This document shows, one piece after another, positions 18,694 through 28,739 of a DNA stretch of 64,000 nt. The translations under genes were made by a program, and so were the position numbers. Source of the stretch: Gammaproteobacteria bacterium (lineage in GTDB: Bacteria; Pseudomonadota; Gammaproteobacteria; JACCXJ01). The stretch's first letter is position 1. Each line of letters begins with the position of its first letter. The stretch covers positions 91 through 64,090 of the forward strand of contig JBOIDF010000009.1 of assembly GCA_050740455.1 (NCBI GenBank). Direction: 5' to 3'. The notes below the pieces were generated by a model. The model searched no databases, was not told the DNA's origin, and worked only from the letters and a program-made list of their open reading frames with translations.

Positions 18694-21246
18694 ATGACCG
18701 GCACCCGATTCGATCTCGAAGTACAGCCCGTGCTCCCTACGGCCCTCGCCAGGTTGGAAGAACTGGCCAATGATCTAGTCTATAGCTGGAACCGCCCGAT
18801 CCGAACGCTGTTCGCACATCTGGACCGCGATCTTTGGCATGCCTGTGGCCATAACCTGAAGATATTCTTGCGCCGGGTGGCGCAGGATAAACTCGAAGCG
18901 GCGGCCAAAAATCTCGTTTACCTGCAGGATTATCGTAGTGTGCTTTCCGATTATGACACCTATCTGGCGAAGGAGGTCAACCCGGAAGTCAGGACATTGA
19001 TCGATCCCGGCCGCAATCTGATCGCGTACTTCTGTGCCGAGTTCGGGCTTCACGAGAGCCTGCCGATCTATTCGGGAGGGCTCGGGATCCTCGCCGGGGA
19101 TCACTGCAAGGCGGCAAGTGATCTCGGCTTGCCCTTTGTCGCTGTCGGTCTTCTTTACCGCGTGGGGTCCTTTGAGCAAACGCTCGACGGGGCCGGTAAT
19201 CAGCAATTAAAGCCATCGCGCCTGGAGTTCAACGATCTACCGATTAGCCCCGTACTCGATGCGCAGCAGTCTCCGCTTACCGTCGCAGTGGAGCTTCCCG
19301 GCCGCGAGGTCGTCATCCAACTCTGGCAGGCCCGTGTGGGTCACATCCGGCTTTTTCTTCTCGATACCGACGTCAGCGCCAACAGCGGCGAAGATCGTCA
19401 CATTACCTATCAGCTTTACGGCGGCGACAAGCACACGCGCATTCAACAGGAGATGGTGCTCGGCATCGGAGGTGCGCGGGCGCTGCGCGCGCTCGGGATC
19501 GCGCCCACGGTCTGGCATATCAACGAAGGGCACGCCGCGTTCTTGGTCCTGGAAAGATGCCGTGCACTGGTGGAAAGCGGAATCGGTTTCGGGGCCGCCC
19601 TCGAACAGGTCGCCGCGGGGACTGTATTTACTACGCACACGCCGGTCCCGGCCGGTCACGACATCTTCGACGCAAGCATGGTCGGGCACTATTTCAAAGG
19701 CTTCCCGGAGCGGCTGGGGCTCTGCGAAGAGGAGTTCCTAAGACTCGGGATCAGCACCAATCCCGGGGGCGATTTTAATCAAACCGCGCTCGCGTTCCGC
19801 GGTTCGCGTTTTCACAACGGCGTGAGCCGTACCCACGCCGAGACGGCCGCGCGGATGGAGGCCGCTATCTGGCCCGAGATCCCGGCGCATGAAAACCCCA
19901 TCGAATGCATCGCCAACGGCGTGCATGTGCAAACCTTTCTGGCCGCGGCCTGGGTGCATCTATTCGATTTGCGCTTCGGAATTCAATGGCGCAATGAGCT
20001 GCTCAACGAAGCGTTCTGGGAGCGCATCGACGATCTCCCCAATTCCGCCTTATGGAGTACGCGCCAGCTTTTGAAATCGGACCTGATGAAGGAACTCCGT
20101 GAGCGCGCCGGCGCGCAGTTTAGAAGGAACGGTTACAGTCAATCGCTAATAAATCGCCTTACTCGCCATCTCGGAGTCGACGACGACATCCTCATCATCG
20201 GCTGCGCGCGCCGTTTTGCCACCTACAAGCGCGCGACGCTAGTGTTTTCCGATCGGGCGCGGCTCGCGCGCCTGATGAACAACGCGGATCGGCCATTTCT
20301 GATCATATTTTCAGGCAAGGCCCATCCGCATGACGGACCCGGTCAGGAGTTGATCCGCGCCGTGCATGAGTTGTCGCGGCAACCGCAGTTCGAGGGCAAG
20401 GTATTGCTGATCGAGGGCTATGATCTGGCGCTCGCGCGCCGCTTGGTTACGGGCGTCGATGTCTGGCTCAATACCCCGCGCTACCCGTTAGAGGCGAGCG
20501 GTACCTCCGGCATGAAGGCCGGCATCAATGGCGTGCCGCATCTCAGCATTCTGGATGGCTGGTGGCCGGAGGGTTATGATGGGCGGAACGGCTGGGGTAT
20601 TGCGCCGCAAAGCGCCTCGGCGCCCGCCGAGCCCCATGCCCACGCGGAGGCGCAGGAGCTCCTGGATATCCTCGAATATGAAGTCATCCCGCTCTATTAC
20701 GATCGCAACCGGCAAGGATACTCGCCAGGCTGGATCAACAAGGTCAAGGCGTCGATGAAATCCCTGATCCCCCACTATGGCGCGGAACGGATGGTCATGG
20801 ACTATGTGAGAAAGTTCTACAGCCGGGGGGCGTTGCAACAGGAACGGTTCGCCGCCGATAACTTCGCCGCGGCGATTGAACTGGCGCGATGGAAGCAACG
20901 GGTCGGCGAGTGCTGGCCCAAGGTGCGGTTGCAGCGCCTCGACCAACCCAAACCGAGCGTGCGGACGGGAGAGCAACTCACGTTCTGCGCCGCTGTTCAT
21001 TTAGGGGGCCTCGCGGTCGAGGATGTGGTGATGGAATGTCTCGTCGGAAGCGAGCGCGACAACCGATACGTCGCTATAGAAACGCACCGCTTCACCGCGA
21101 CAGACACAAATGCCGAGGGCGAAACGCGATTCGAGCTTGAATTGACCCCCGGCTTTTCCGGTCTGCAAACCTACAAGCTGCGCCTGTACCCCTACCACCG
21201 GCTCTTGACCCATCGCTTCGAGACGGGCTTGATGAAGTGGATTTGA
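18694..21246 (+). CDS. glgP: Alpha-glucan (glycogen/maltodextrin) phosphorylase
   Basis: YFCAEFGLHESLPIYSGGLGILAGDH, HINEGHAAF, RRFATYKRA, EASGTSGMKA (PLP lysine). Confidence 0.95.
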   Translation: MTGTRFDLEVQPVLPTALARLEELANDLVYSWNRPIRTLFAHLDRDLWHACGHNLKIFLRRVAQDKLEAAAKNLVYLQDYRSVLSDYDTYLAKEVNPEVRTLIDPGRNLIAYFCAEFGLHESLPIYSGGLGILAGDHCKAASDLGLPFVAVGLLYRVGSFEQTLDGAGNQQLKPSRLEFNDLPISPVLDAQQSPLTVAVELPGREVVIQLWQARVGHIRLFLLDTDVSANSGEDRHITYQLYGGDKHTRIQQEMVLGIGGARALRALGIAPTVWHINEGHAAFLVLERCRALVESGIGFGAALEQVAAGTVFTTHTPVPAGHDIFDASMVGHYFKGFPERLGLCEEEFLRLGISTNPGGDFNQTALAFRGSRFHNGVSRTHAETAARMEAAIWPEIPAHENPIECIANGVHVQTFLAAAWVHLFDLRFGIQWRNELLNEAFWERIDDLPNSALWSTRQLLKSDLMKELRERAGAQFRRNGYSQSLINRLTRHLGVDDDILIIGCARRFATYKRATLVFSDRARLARLMNNADRPFLIIFSGKAHPHDGPGQELIRAVHELSRQPQFEGKVLLIEGYDLALARRLVTGVDVWLNTPRYPLEASGTSGMKAGINGVPHLSILDGWWPEGYDGRNGWGIAPQSASAPAEPHAHAEAQELLDILEYEVIPLYYDRNRQGYSPGWINKVKASMKSLIPHYGAERMVMDYVRKFYSRGALQQERFAADNFAAAIELARWKQRVGECWPKVRLQRLDQPKPSVRTGEQLTFCAAVHLGGLAVEDVVMECLVGSERDNRYVAIETHRFTATDTNAEGETRFELELTPGFSGLQTYKLRLYPYHRLLTHRFETGLMKWI

Positions 21247-21331
21247 CGCAAACGTCCCCTCCCGCATAGCGGCCTTGGTCCCCAAACCGCTGTCGCCCTT
21301 TGAGCCGAGCGCAGCGCGTGGTGAGTCGCTG

Positions 21332-23539
21332 TCAGTCAGGCGTCCGGGGATGCCTGGGACCACGGGCTTCCCGCAGGGTCGCGGCGAATGTCTGAAAGCG
21401 CGGATCACTCGCCCAGTCTTCTAGGCCCAGAGAGAGTTTGCGCCGCCAGTTGGGATGCTCGTTTATCGTCCCGGGCAGGTTGGCCTGCTCGGGCTGACAC
21501 AAGATGTCCTCGGGCTGAACGATCATGATCGCGGCAGGCGTACGCGCCAGGTAGATGTGTACGGCACAGGCAAGTTCCGGCGTCATCGCCGGCGGTTGCA
21601 CGCTGCACTCGAGGGGTAGCAGCCCTTCTTGATCGAGGGCCGCGAGCAGCCGTGCCCGGTCCTCGGCGCGCGCCGTCACTTGTTCTTTCTCTAGTTCATC
21701 GGAAGGGAACAAGCCAAGCTCTCCGCGAAGCTCCAAATCCCTTCCGCGCCAGTAGCCGCTCAAGCTTGGTAGATCATGGGTGTTCACGGCCACGGTGGCC
21801 TGAGGCGGATACTCGGCGGGCGGCTTGAAGCCGCCCTCGGGCGATCGTTCAAAATAAAGCACGCGGTAAGCGAGGATGCCCGCGGGTTGCAATGCCGCTC
21901 GCACCTCATCGGGCACGGTACCGAGGTCTTCGCCGATCACCAGACAGTGGTGGCGCTGGCTCTCCAAGGCCAAAATCCCGAGCAACTCCTCGAAGGGGTA
22001 GTGGACATAAGTGCCGTCCTCCGGCGTACCGCCGGCCGGGATCCAGAACAAGCGCTGCAGGCCCATGACATGGTCGAGTCGCAGCGCCCTCGCGTGGCGC
22101 ATGTTCGCGCGCAAGGCGGCCACGAACGGCCCATGGGCGCCCGCGCGCATTCGCCCTGGACTGAGCGGCGCGAGCCCCCAATCTTGTCCCTTGAGGTTGA
22201 AATCGTCCGGGGGTGCGCCGATGCCCGCTTCCAGTGCGTACAAACGCTGATTGGCCCAGGTCTCCGCGCCGCCGCGCTCGACGCCGAGGGCCAGGTCTTG
22301 GTAAATCCCGATCGCCAAGCCGCGTTCGCGGGCGCGCCGGGAGGCTATCGCGAGCTGCACGTCTGCCTGCCACTGCAGGTATTCAAAGAACTCGACGCGA
22401 GCCTCGTTTCGGTCCGCAAACGCTACTACGGCCTCGGAATTCGGATCGCGGTAAGCCGCGGGCCAGACGGGCCAGCCCCAGATCCCTCGGTCTTGACGAT
22501 TAAACGACTCCTGTAAGGCGTCGAAAAGCGCGTGCGTCCGCAATGCCTGACCCCGGTCGGCCTGATACGCTCGGAAGGCGGTTCCACGTTGACTATCCGC
22601 ATCGCGATGATGCTCGCGAAAATGGCGATAGAGCCGATCGAGAATTTCCATCTTGGCTGCGGCGACACCTTGATATTCGACCAGCTCTGCCGCGCGCGAT
22701 GCGCGCAGTTGCGCTTGAAACCGCGGCGCGCTGACACACGCTTGCGCGGCCTCGCATTCCAAAAAATCGGGCACGGCTTCAATATCCAGATAAAGGATAT
22801 TGAGAAATGACCGGCTCGAGGGACTGTACGGGCTGGCATGCGTGGGAGCGTGCGGGAAGAGGGCATGCAAGGGATTGAGACCGATGATACCCGCGCCAAA
22901 GCCATCCGCCACTTCGATGACGCGATCGAGATCGGTGAAGTCCCCGATTCCCCAATTCCGCTCCGAACGCAGGCTGTAAAGCTGAAGCGCCAAACCCCAA
23001 ATGCGTTTACCACCCTCAAGTGCGGCCGGTTGATAGCAGCGCTCGGGCGCGATGATGAGGGCCATGCTGGCAGCGGTTCGATGGCCCTCGATCTCGACGC
23101 GGTGATAGCCGGGAACCAAGCTCGCTGATAGGTGCAGGACCAAGCGGATAAAGCTCCCTCCAGCGACTTCCTTGCGCTCGATCACATCCAATGTACCGGG
23201 GGAAAAACTGCCGTGCAGACACTCGCCGTTCTCAGCCGTCAACACCCAGCGCATCGGCTTGTCTATCTTAGGGCTAGGAACGGTGACAACAACTTCGATC
23301 GGTGTTTGGGTCTCCCACACTACCCGGACCGGTGGTAGCAGTCGATTCCATGCTTTCATCCTATGAGCTTCGAGCGCCTCGCGCAGTTCCACATCGCTGC
23401 CCGCGGCCACGCCCATCGAGGCCAACAACGCCCGCTTCGTCTCCAGCGAGGCAGTGTGCCGCCTGCCCCGGATGTCTCTGTATTCGTGAGCGATCCCGAA
23501 GTACTGACAGGTCTGGTCGAGCGGCGTGCGGCCACTCAT
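21332..23539 (-). CDS. malQ: 4-alpha-glucanotransferase (amylomaltase, GH77)
   Basis: WGIGDFTDL, SPYSPSSR, YQDLALG, GAPPDDF..GQDWG, RLDHVMGL, VIGEDLGTVP, NLPGT..HPNWRRKL. Confidence 0.95.
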   Translation of the reverse strand: MSGRTPLDQTCQYFGIAHEYRDIRGRRHTASLETKRALLASMGVAAGSDVELREALEAHRMKAWNRLLPPVRVVWETQTPIEVVVTVPSPKIDKPMRWVLTAENGECLHGSFSPGTLDVIERKEVAGGSFIRLVLHLSASLVPGYHRVEIEGHRTAASMALIIAPERCYQPAALEGGKRIWGLALQLYSLRSERNWGIGDFTDLDRVIEVADGFGAGIIGLNPLHALFPHAPTHASPYSPSSRSFLNILYLDIEAVPDFLECEAAQACVSAPRFQAQLRASRAAELVEYQGVAAAKMEILDRLYRHFREHHRDADSQRGTAFRAYQADRGQALRTHALFDALQESFNRQDRGIWGWPVWPAAYRDPNSEAVVAFADRNEARVEFFEYLQWQADVQLAIASRRARERGLAIGIYQDLALGVERGGAETWANQRLYALEAGIGAPPDDFNLKGQDWGLAPLSPGRMRAGAHGPFVAALRANMRHARALRLDHVMGLQRLFWIPAGGTPEDGTYVHYPFEELLGILALESQRHHCLVIGEDLGTVPDEVRAALQPAGILAYRVLYFERSPEGGFKPPAEYPPQATVAVNTHDLPSLSGYWRGRDLELRGELGLFPSDELEKEQVTARAEDRARLLAALDQEGLLPLECSVQPPAMTPELACAVHIYLARTPAAIMIVQPEDILCQPEQANLPGTINEHPNWRRKLSLGLEDWASDPRFQTFAATLREARGPRHPRTPD

Positions 23540-24009
23540 GTAGCCGAACCGTGTGTGATCCTTGCGGTCATAATCTCTGTATTTAGGCTGTCGCCGAGTT
23601 CCGCCTCTACCGTCCTAGCTCCAGCTGGCATGGGGTCTCGCACTGTGGTATCATTGACTCCGATCCAAGGATGTCCCCGGGGACATTTGGTGGCTTTCCC
23701 TTTGTGGAAAGAACCCCCAGGGTATTGTCACATCTTACCTGAAATACTCGCCCGGTAGAGTGCGCGTGGTCCGCCCTGCGATGGGTGGCTGTGCTGACAC
23801 TGGAGCGCCGAGGGATCATTAATCAATGTACCCGCTTTTTTGCGGATATGGAGCCAATTTGCAATGCCTACGAAATTCTATATTGGAAATCTGTCGCCCC
23901 AGGGCATCCAAGAGGATATCCGATTAGCTCAGCATGGTTAGCTGGCGATCGCTTGCGCTTACCATCGTTTCGCAGAGCGATCGTATGCTTTGATGCTCGG
24001 CGACCGGCT

Positions 24010-24282
24010 ATGAGTAACACCATGACGGAAATAACCGCTACGTTCTCTCCCAGCAGTGAGTTTCGGCAAACCTGCGGCTTTTGTGGCTGCGTCTTTCGGG
24101 TCGAAGTTGAAAGGGCACGGTCTCATAAGGACGTCCAGGAGTATCGCTGCCCGGAATGTCACGACCATGTATGTTTAGCCAAAACGTCGACTCCACCTCG
24201 AGTAACTTTGATCTCGAACCGGACCGACGGCCGCGAAGTAATCCCGTGCGCTTTGCGGGGCTTGACCCTGAAGTATCCCTAG
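24010..24282 (+). CDS. Small Cys-rich (putative Zn-ribbon) hypothetical protein
   Basis: CGFCGC...CPEC..VC..PRVTLIS.RTDG; start chosen at the ATG within the longer ORF. Confidence 0.55.
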   Translation: MSNTMTEITATFSPSSEFRQTCGFCGCVFRVEVERARSHKDVQEYRCPECHDHVCLAKTSTPPRVTLISNRTDGREVIPCALRGLTLKYP

Positions 24283-24640
24283 ACTGCCAGCCCTCGGCAC
24301 TCGCTCGAATTCAGAGATCGCACGGTAGAATAAAAGGGCAGGTGAGAGCCTGCTTTCTACTCTATCCTACTCTTCGTCCTGATCGAGTTGTGAGCCTCGC
24401 TCCAACACCGACCCTATTCTTGACTATTTGTTCCATAACGGCTAGGCTTACTTCCATTAGACATTGGTTCGCGGCTCAGAATACAGGGGCGTTCGACAAA
24501 CGGTGCGATCCGCGCAAACGCTCGCTATCTTACCAGGAGCCTGCGAGGACCATTGGAAAGATCCGAGATACCGTCGAGGTGACCCTGCAGGCTTTGGAGT
24601 ATTTTTTGTGGTTCATTCTAGAACGAATAGTCATGTATTA

Positions 24641-25537
24641 TTGAACTACTTGCCATTACGCACCGTATTAGCGAAGAGCATATTAGCGCCTCTGCTTCTG
24701 GCCTCGGGACTCGCGCTGATGGCGTATCCGGAGCGTGGGAAAATCGATCTTGGTGTGTACGCGTATCCTCGGGGCAGCACGGCTGTCGCTTGCAAGTCCC
24801 ACTCGAGGATCGGTCTCGCGGGGGTCATCGACAGCGAACGTACCCCGAAGGGTATTCGTTTCAACGTAAGAACTCCCGAGAACTATCGACCAAACATCGC
24901 CCATCCCTTACTCGTCGTTTTTGCTCCAGCGGGTCTCTCCGCCGCGGCTAACGAACGGGCTACGGGTTTAACAAAAATCGCCACGGGTCAAGGGTTTCTG
25001 ATCACCTATGCAGATCACGTCCGAACCTCTATTTCCGCGATCGAGGATCTGAGTGCAATTCCGAGTCTCGCCGCGAAAAAATGGTGCATCGATACGACAC
25101 GCGTCTACTTGACCGGGCACTCGGATGGTGGAACCGTTGCGTTGGCTATGGCGATACTCGATCGAACTAAACATATTCCCGCGGCGATCGCAGCGAGTGC
25201 CGCGGGCTTCACCAAGGCAGACCTCGCCGGTTTCGAGTGCCCAAAACCGCTCCCGGTAATGATTATGCACAGCGCAAACGATGGGCTATTTCCGGGGTAC
25301 GGGAAGGACGCGGCGAGTTGGTGGGCCGCATGTAACCAGTGCGAGCTAAGTGCTCGCAAGCGACTGCCCAGTGGTTGCGAAACCTACCCGAAGTGTGCTC
25401 ATGGCGTGGCCACGCGATACTGCGAGGGAACCCAGCCCCATGCGCAGTGGCCAGCCTTGAATCAGTCGATCATCGACTTCTTCACCGACACGGGCCGGCC
25501 GGGACGCGAAGCCGCCCGAGAACCGGCCGTAGAATGA
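24641..25537 (+). CDS. PHB-depolymerase/LpqC-like alpha/beta esterase with signal/TM N-terminus
   Basis: RVYLTGHSDGG nucleophile elbow, PVMIMHSAND, QPHAQWP; Cys-rich C-terminal lid; start codon uncertain. Confidence 0.75.
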   Translation: MNYLPLRTVLAKSILAPLLLASGLALMAYPERGKIDLGVYAYPRGSTAVACKSHSRIGLAGVIDSERTPKGIRFNVRTPENYRPNIAHPLLVVFAPAGLSAAANERATGLTKIATGQGFLITYADHVRTSISAIEDLSAIPSLAAKKWCIDTTRVYLTGHSDGGTVALAMAILDRTKHIPAAIAASAAGFTKADLAGFECPKPLPVMIMHSANDGLFPGYGKDAASWWAACNQCELSARKRLPSGCETYPKCAHGVATRYCEGTQPHAQWPALNQSIIDFFTDTGRPGREAAREPAVE

Positions 25538-26718
25538 GAGCTGTGCCGGGCGGTCTTCTCCATCTCGGTGTCGCGGCTATTCTTCTATGGTTGCTGTGGC
25601 CCGAGCGTTTCACGGTGAACATGCCTAGCGCAATCGGTGGATGGTTTCGGAGCGCGCCAACGACCGACTCGCTTCGAACTCGAATTCGCTTGCCGGATGG
25701 CTTTTCTATCGCCCTTTACGCGAGCGGACTAACCGATGCGCGCATGCTGCGGTTTACCGAGGCCGGTGATCTACTCGTGAGCCTGCCTCGCTCAGGACGC
25801 ATCGTCCTACTTGAGCGCGATAGCGATGCGGATGGCCGGCCGGATGGCCGTCGAGATTTGCTCACGGGGCTCAATCGACCTCATGGTCTAGACCTCCATG
25901 AAGGCTGGCTGTACGTCGCCGAGACCAGCGCGCTGGGGCGCGTCCGATTCGACGAGAAGGCCCGCAACGTGAGCGGCAGTTTCGAGCGCCTGGCGGTGCT
26001 TCCCGCCGGCGGCCAACACTGGACACGCAGCGTGCGCCTGGGACCGGATGGGTGGGTGTACGTGTCGGTGGGGTCGAGCTGCAATGCCTGTAGGGAAGAA
26101 GATCCTCGGCGCGCCGCCTTGCTGCGCTTTCGACCCGATGGTACGTCGAGGAAGATCTATGCCACCGGGCTTCGTAATACCGTGGGCTTTGATTGGCGGC
26201 CGGTACAAAACGAACTGTACGGCGCCGACAACGGGCGCGATTTCCTGGGCGATGCCTTTCCTCCCTGTGAGCTGAATCGCATCGAGGACGGCAAGTTCTA
26301 CGGCTGGCCTTATGCCAACGGCGATAAGGCGCCCGATCCCGACCTCGGCGCCGGAAACGAAGATGAGGTGCGCGCGAGCGTGCCTCCCGTCCACAACTTC
26401 GGCGCCCACACCGCGCCCTTAGGCTTGTCGTTCATTCACGGCAACGGTCTGCCGCCAGGCTACCAGGGTGCGGCGCTGGTCGCCCTTCATGGGTCCTGGA
26501 ATCGTACCGAAAAAGCCGGGTACGAGGTGGTGTCGCTGCATTTTGATGCTACAGGGAAGATCACCGAGCGCAAATTTGCTACAGGCTTCGAGCAAGATGA
26601 AGAAGTCATCGGTCGCCCCGTGGATGTCGCCGAGGGGCCCGACGGGGCTATCTACATCTCCGACGATTACGGCGGGAATATTTACCGCGTGAGCTATCGC
26701 AAGACTCTCAAACCATGA
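25534..26718 (+). CDS. PQQ-dependent sugar/sorbosone dehydrogenase family (beta-propeller)
   Basis: GGQHWTR, GSSCNAC, YATGLRNTVG, FYGWPY, AHTAPLG, HGSWNR, GRPVDV..GPDGAIYISDD; ATGA overlap with the esterase stop. Confidence 0.9.
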   Translation: MRAVPGGLLHLGVAAILLWLLWPERFTVNMPSAIGGWFRSAPTTDSLRTRIRLPDGFSIALYASGLTDARMLRFTEAGDLLVSLPRSGRIVLLERDSDADGRPDGRRDLLTGLNRPHGLDLHEGWLYVAETSALGRVRFDEKARNVSGSFERLAVLPAGGQHWTRSVRLGPDGWVYVSVGSSCNACREEDPRRAALLRFRPDGTSRKIYATGLRNTVGFDWRPVQNELYGADNGRDFLGDAFPPCELNRIEDGKFYGWPYANGDKAPDPDLGAGNEDEVRASVPPVHNFGAHTAPLGLSFIHGNGLPPGYQGAALVALHGSWNRTEKAGYEVVSLHFDATGKITERKFATGFEQDEEVIGRPVDVAEGPDGAIYISDDYGGNIYRVSYRKTLKP

Positions 26719-26739
26719 GTGGAGGCATTATGATCGTGG

Positions 26740-26915
26740 TACTTCACATCGCCGGTGTGTGCCTGCACTACATGGCACGAGACCAGGGGGGCAAACGTAC
26801 TTCCAGTTGCCCGTTGGCAATCACGGCAATGGCAATTCCCAGCGACAACCGGCTCCGCCGACCACTCATAGCGAATGGTGCCGCATGCACAACCACCAGT
26901 AAAGTGTATAGTCAT
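26740..26915 (-). pseudogene. GFA/CENP-V family protein, truncated
   Basis: GGCACG.IRY..CHCRDCQRATGS N-terminal Zn motif; the C-terminal CxxCG half is absent. Confidence 0.8.
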
Positions 26916-27076
26916 GAGAAAAGTGCTCCTTCCATTTTAAGCTACGTAAATTCAAAGAACCTCCGCAGCCTAACGACTAGGATTTTATCCGGTGTGCGAC
27001 AGCAATAGCGGATAAAATTAGTTGAACGAAACCCCTGGATCGATTTCGGGATCTAATGGAACTATTTCGCACATCA

Positions 27077-27108
27077 TTCTTGACTATTTGGTCTAGAATG
27101 TCTAGACT
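27077..27108 (+). promoter_or_regulatory. Sigma70-like promoter overlapped by a TetR-type inverted repeat
   Basis: TTGACT (27080-85), 17-nt spacer, TAGACT (27103-08); palindrome TTCTTGAC-N6-GTCTAGAA. Confidence 0.6.
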
Positions 27109-27140
27109 TATACCATTGGCAACGAAGGTACCAACGTAGC

Positions 27141-27722
27141 GTGGCGAGACCGAGAGAGTTCGACATAGAGGAAGTGTTGGACAAGGCCGTGGAGACATTT
27201 TGGTCCAAAGGGTACGAAGCGACCTCGATCCAAGACCTGGTGGAGAGTATGGGGATCCATCGCGGTAGCCTGTACGCTGCCTTTGGGGACAAGCAACGCC
27301 TTTTTCTCACGGTCCTGGACCGCTATCGCAAGGTGGTGGTGAGGAAACTGCTCGATATTCTTGATTCTAACGCCTCGGGCAAAGTGGCTATCCGTCAGTT
27401 CTTTGCAACGGTCATTGAGCATGTGATGACCGGCGGGCCGTTGCGCGGCTGCCTGGTTACCAACTCTGCCGTTGAGCGGGGACTGAGTGATCCTGACACG
27501 GCCAACAAGGTGAGCCTGTGCATAAAGCAACTCGAGGATGGTTTCTACAAGACCTTACTGCGCGATCGGGGTACAGGCGAGCTCGATAAGCAACGCGATC
27601 TGCGCGCGCTAGCGGGCTATTTGACGTGCAACCTGCAGGGACTCTTGGTTATTGGAAAGATCCGAAGCGATCGTTCGGCCCTCGAAGAGGTGGTCGAGGT
27701 GACGCTGGAGGCTTTGGAATGA
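27141..27722 (+). CDS. TetR/AcrR-family regulator (NemR/ComR-like)
   Basis: MARPREFD..FWSKGYEATS..DLVESMGIHRGSLYAAFGDKQRLF; GCLVTNS. Confidence 0.92.
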   Translation: MARPREFDIEEVLDKAVETFWSKGYEATSIQDLVESMGIHRGSLYAAFGDKQRLFLTVLDRYRKVVVRKLLDILDSNASGKVAIRQFFATVIEHVMTGGPLRGCLVTNSAVERGLSDPDTANKVSLCIKQLEDGFYKTLLRDRGTGELDKQRDLRALAGYLTCNLQGLLVIGKIRSDRSALEEVVEVTLEALE

Positions 27723-27733
27723 TTTTTTTCTTG

Positions 27734-27757
27734 ATTATAGAACGAACAGTCTATAAT
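27734..27757 (+). promoter_or_regulatory. Second TetR-type operator upstream of ethD-like gene
   Basis: ATTATAGA-ACGAACAG-TCTATAAT inverted repeat; core TAGAA-N6-GTCTA matches the site at 27080; overlaps TATAAT. Confidence 0.6.
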
Positions 27758-27853
27758 TGGGCTGGACACGGGTTTGAACGCGCTAGGATTGATTGGATCT
27801 GAAACAGGGATCGGCGAATTTCTCTCAACCGATACTATGATTAGGAGGATGTT

Positions 27854-28264
27854 ATGGCTGGCGTTAAGTTAATAGTGATGTATCCGCGTCCTCTGGATAT
27901 CGACGCATTCGAAAAGCTTTATCAAGAGGCGCACGTACCGATGGCGGTGGAGAAGCTCTCGGGTAAAACGAAGTTTGTAGCGACCAAGGTCGTGGCGACC
28001 CCGGACGGGACACCGCCCCCATTCTACCGGATCGCCGAGGTTCATTTCCCGTCCCTAGAGGCCCTGCAAGCGTGTGCGCAGTCCGAGGGCGGAAAAGAAA
28101 CCCTTGCCCATGCGGTCGAAATCTCCAGTGGTGGTACGCCGGTATTATTGATCGCGGAGGAACAAGCATTCGCGTTTGGCAGCAAATCGCTTTGGGACCG
28201 ACTCCGGGCATGTGTGTCGCCACAAGAGAATTCCATGGCTCCTAGTGCGGTATCCCACAAATAA
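27854..28264 (+). CDS. EthD-family reductase
   Basis: KLIVMYPRP.D..AFEKLYQEAHVPMA..FYRIAEVHFPSLEALQA; AGGAGG RBS. Confidence 0.85.
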   Translation: MAGVKLIVMYPRPLDIDAFEKLYQEAHVPMAVEKLSGKTKFVATKVVATPDGTPPPFYRIAEVHFPSLEALQACAQSEGGKETLAHAVEISSGGTPVLLIAEEQAFAFGSKSLWDRLRACVSPQENSMAPSAVSHK

Positions 28265-28739
28265 GTACAGGAAATCGAAAGCGGTGCATCGGCGCTCAGG
28301 TACTGTCTTTCTGACCAGGGAATGGCCGGAATCCAGGTCTAGGGAGGGCATTGCTGCACTGGGTCCCGGCCAATCCATGGCCGGGATGACAGCTGATTTA
28401 CGCCCATTCCCTGTGGGACTTAGGTATTACGAGAGAGGGATGCTGTGGCTGATATTAAGTTAATGGTGATATATTCGCCAGTATGACAGGACACGAGCCA
28501 CAATAGGATTAAGCGCAAAGGATCAATCAAGCAATTAATCTAGGGAAGCGATAACGCATCACTTGCTTTATGAAATATGCTGTAGCGAACTGCGGGGGAA
28601 GACGATGCGCGCTTGAAAATGCAATTAGCCAGACGAGCGTTCAAATCCTGCGCTAGCGTGGTAACCTTGTACCTCACCTCATAGCGCGCAGAGACGTATT
28701 GCAGGGCATGAAACTGAATTGAAGATCTATGCTTTGAAC

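Noticed and set aside
6094-23128. Many long overlapping ORFs such as 6094-6999, 17084-17542, 21776-22516 and 22426-23019
   Set aside because: Antisense or alternate-frame shadows of GC-rich real genes, with Arg/Pro/Gly-rich composition and no family motifs.
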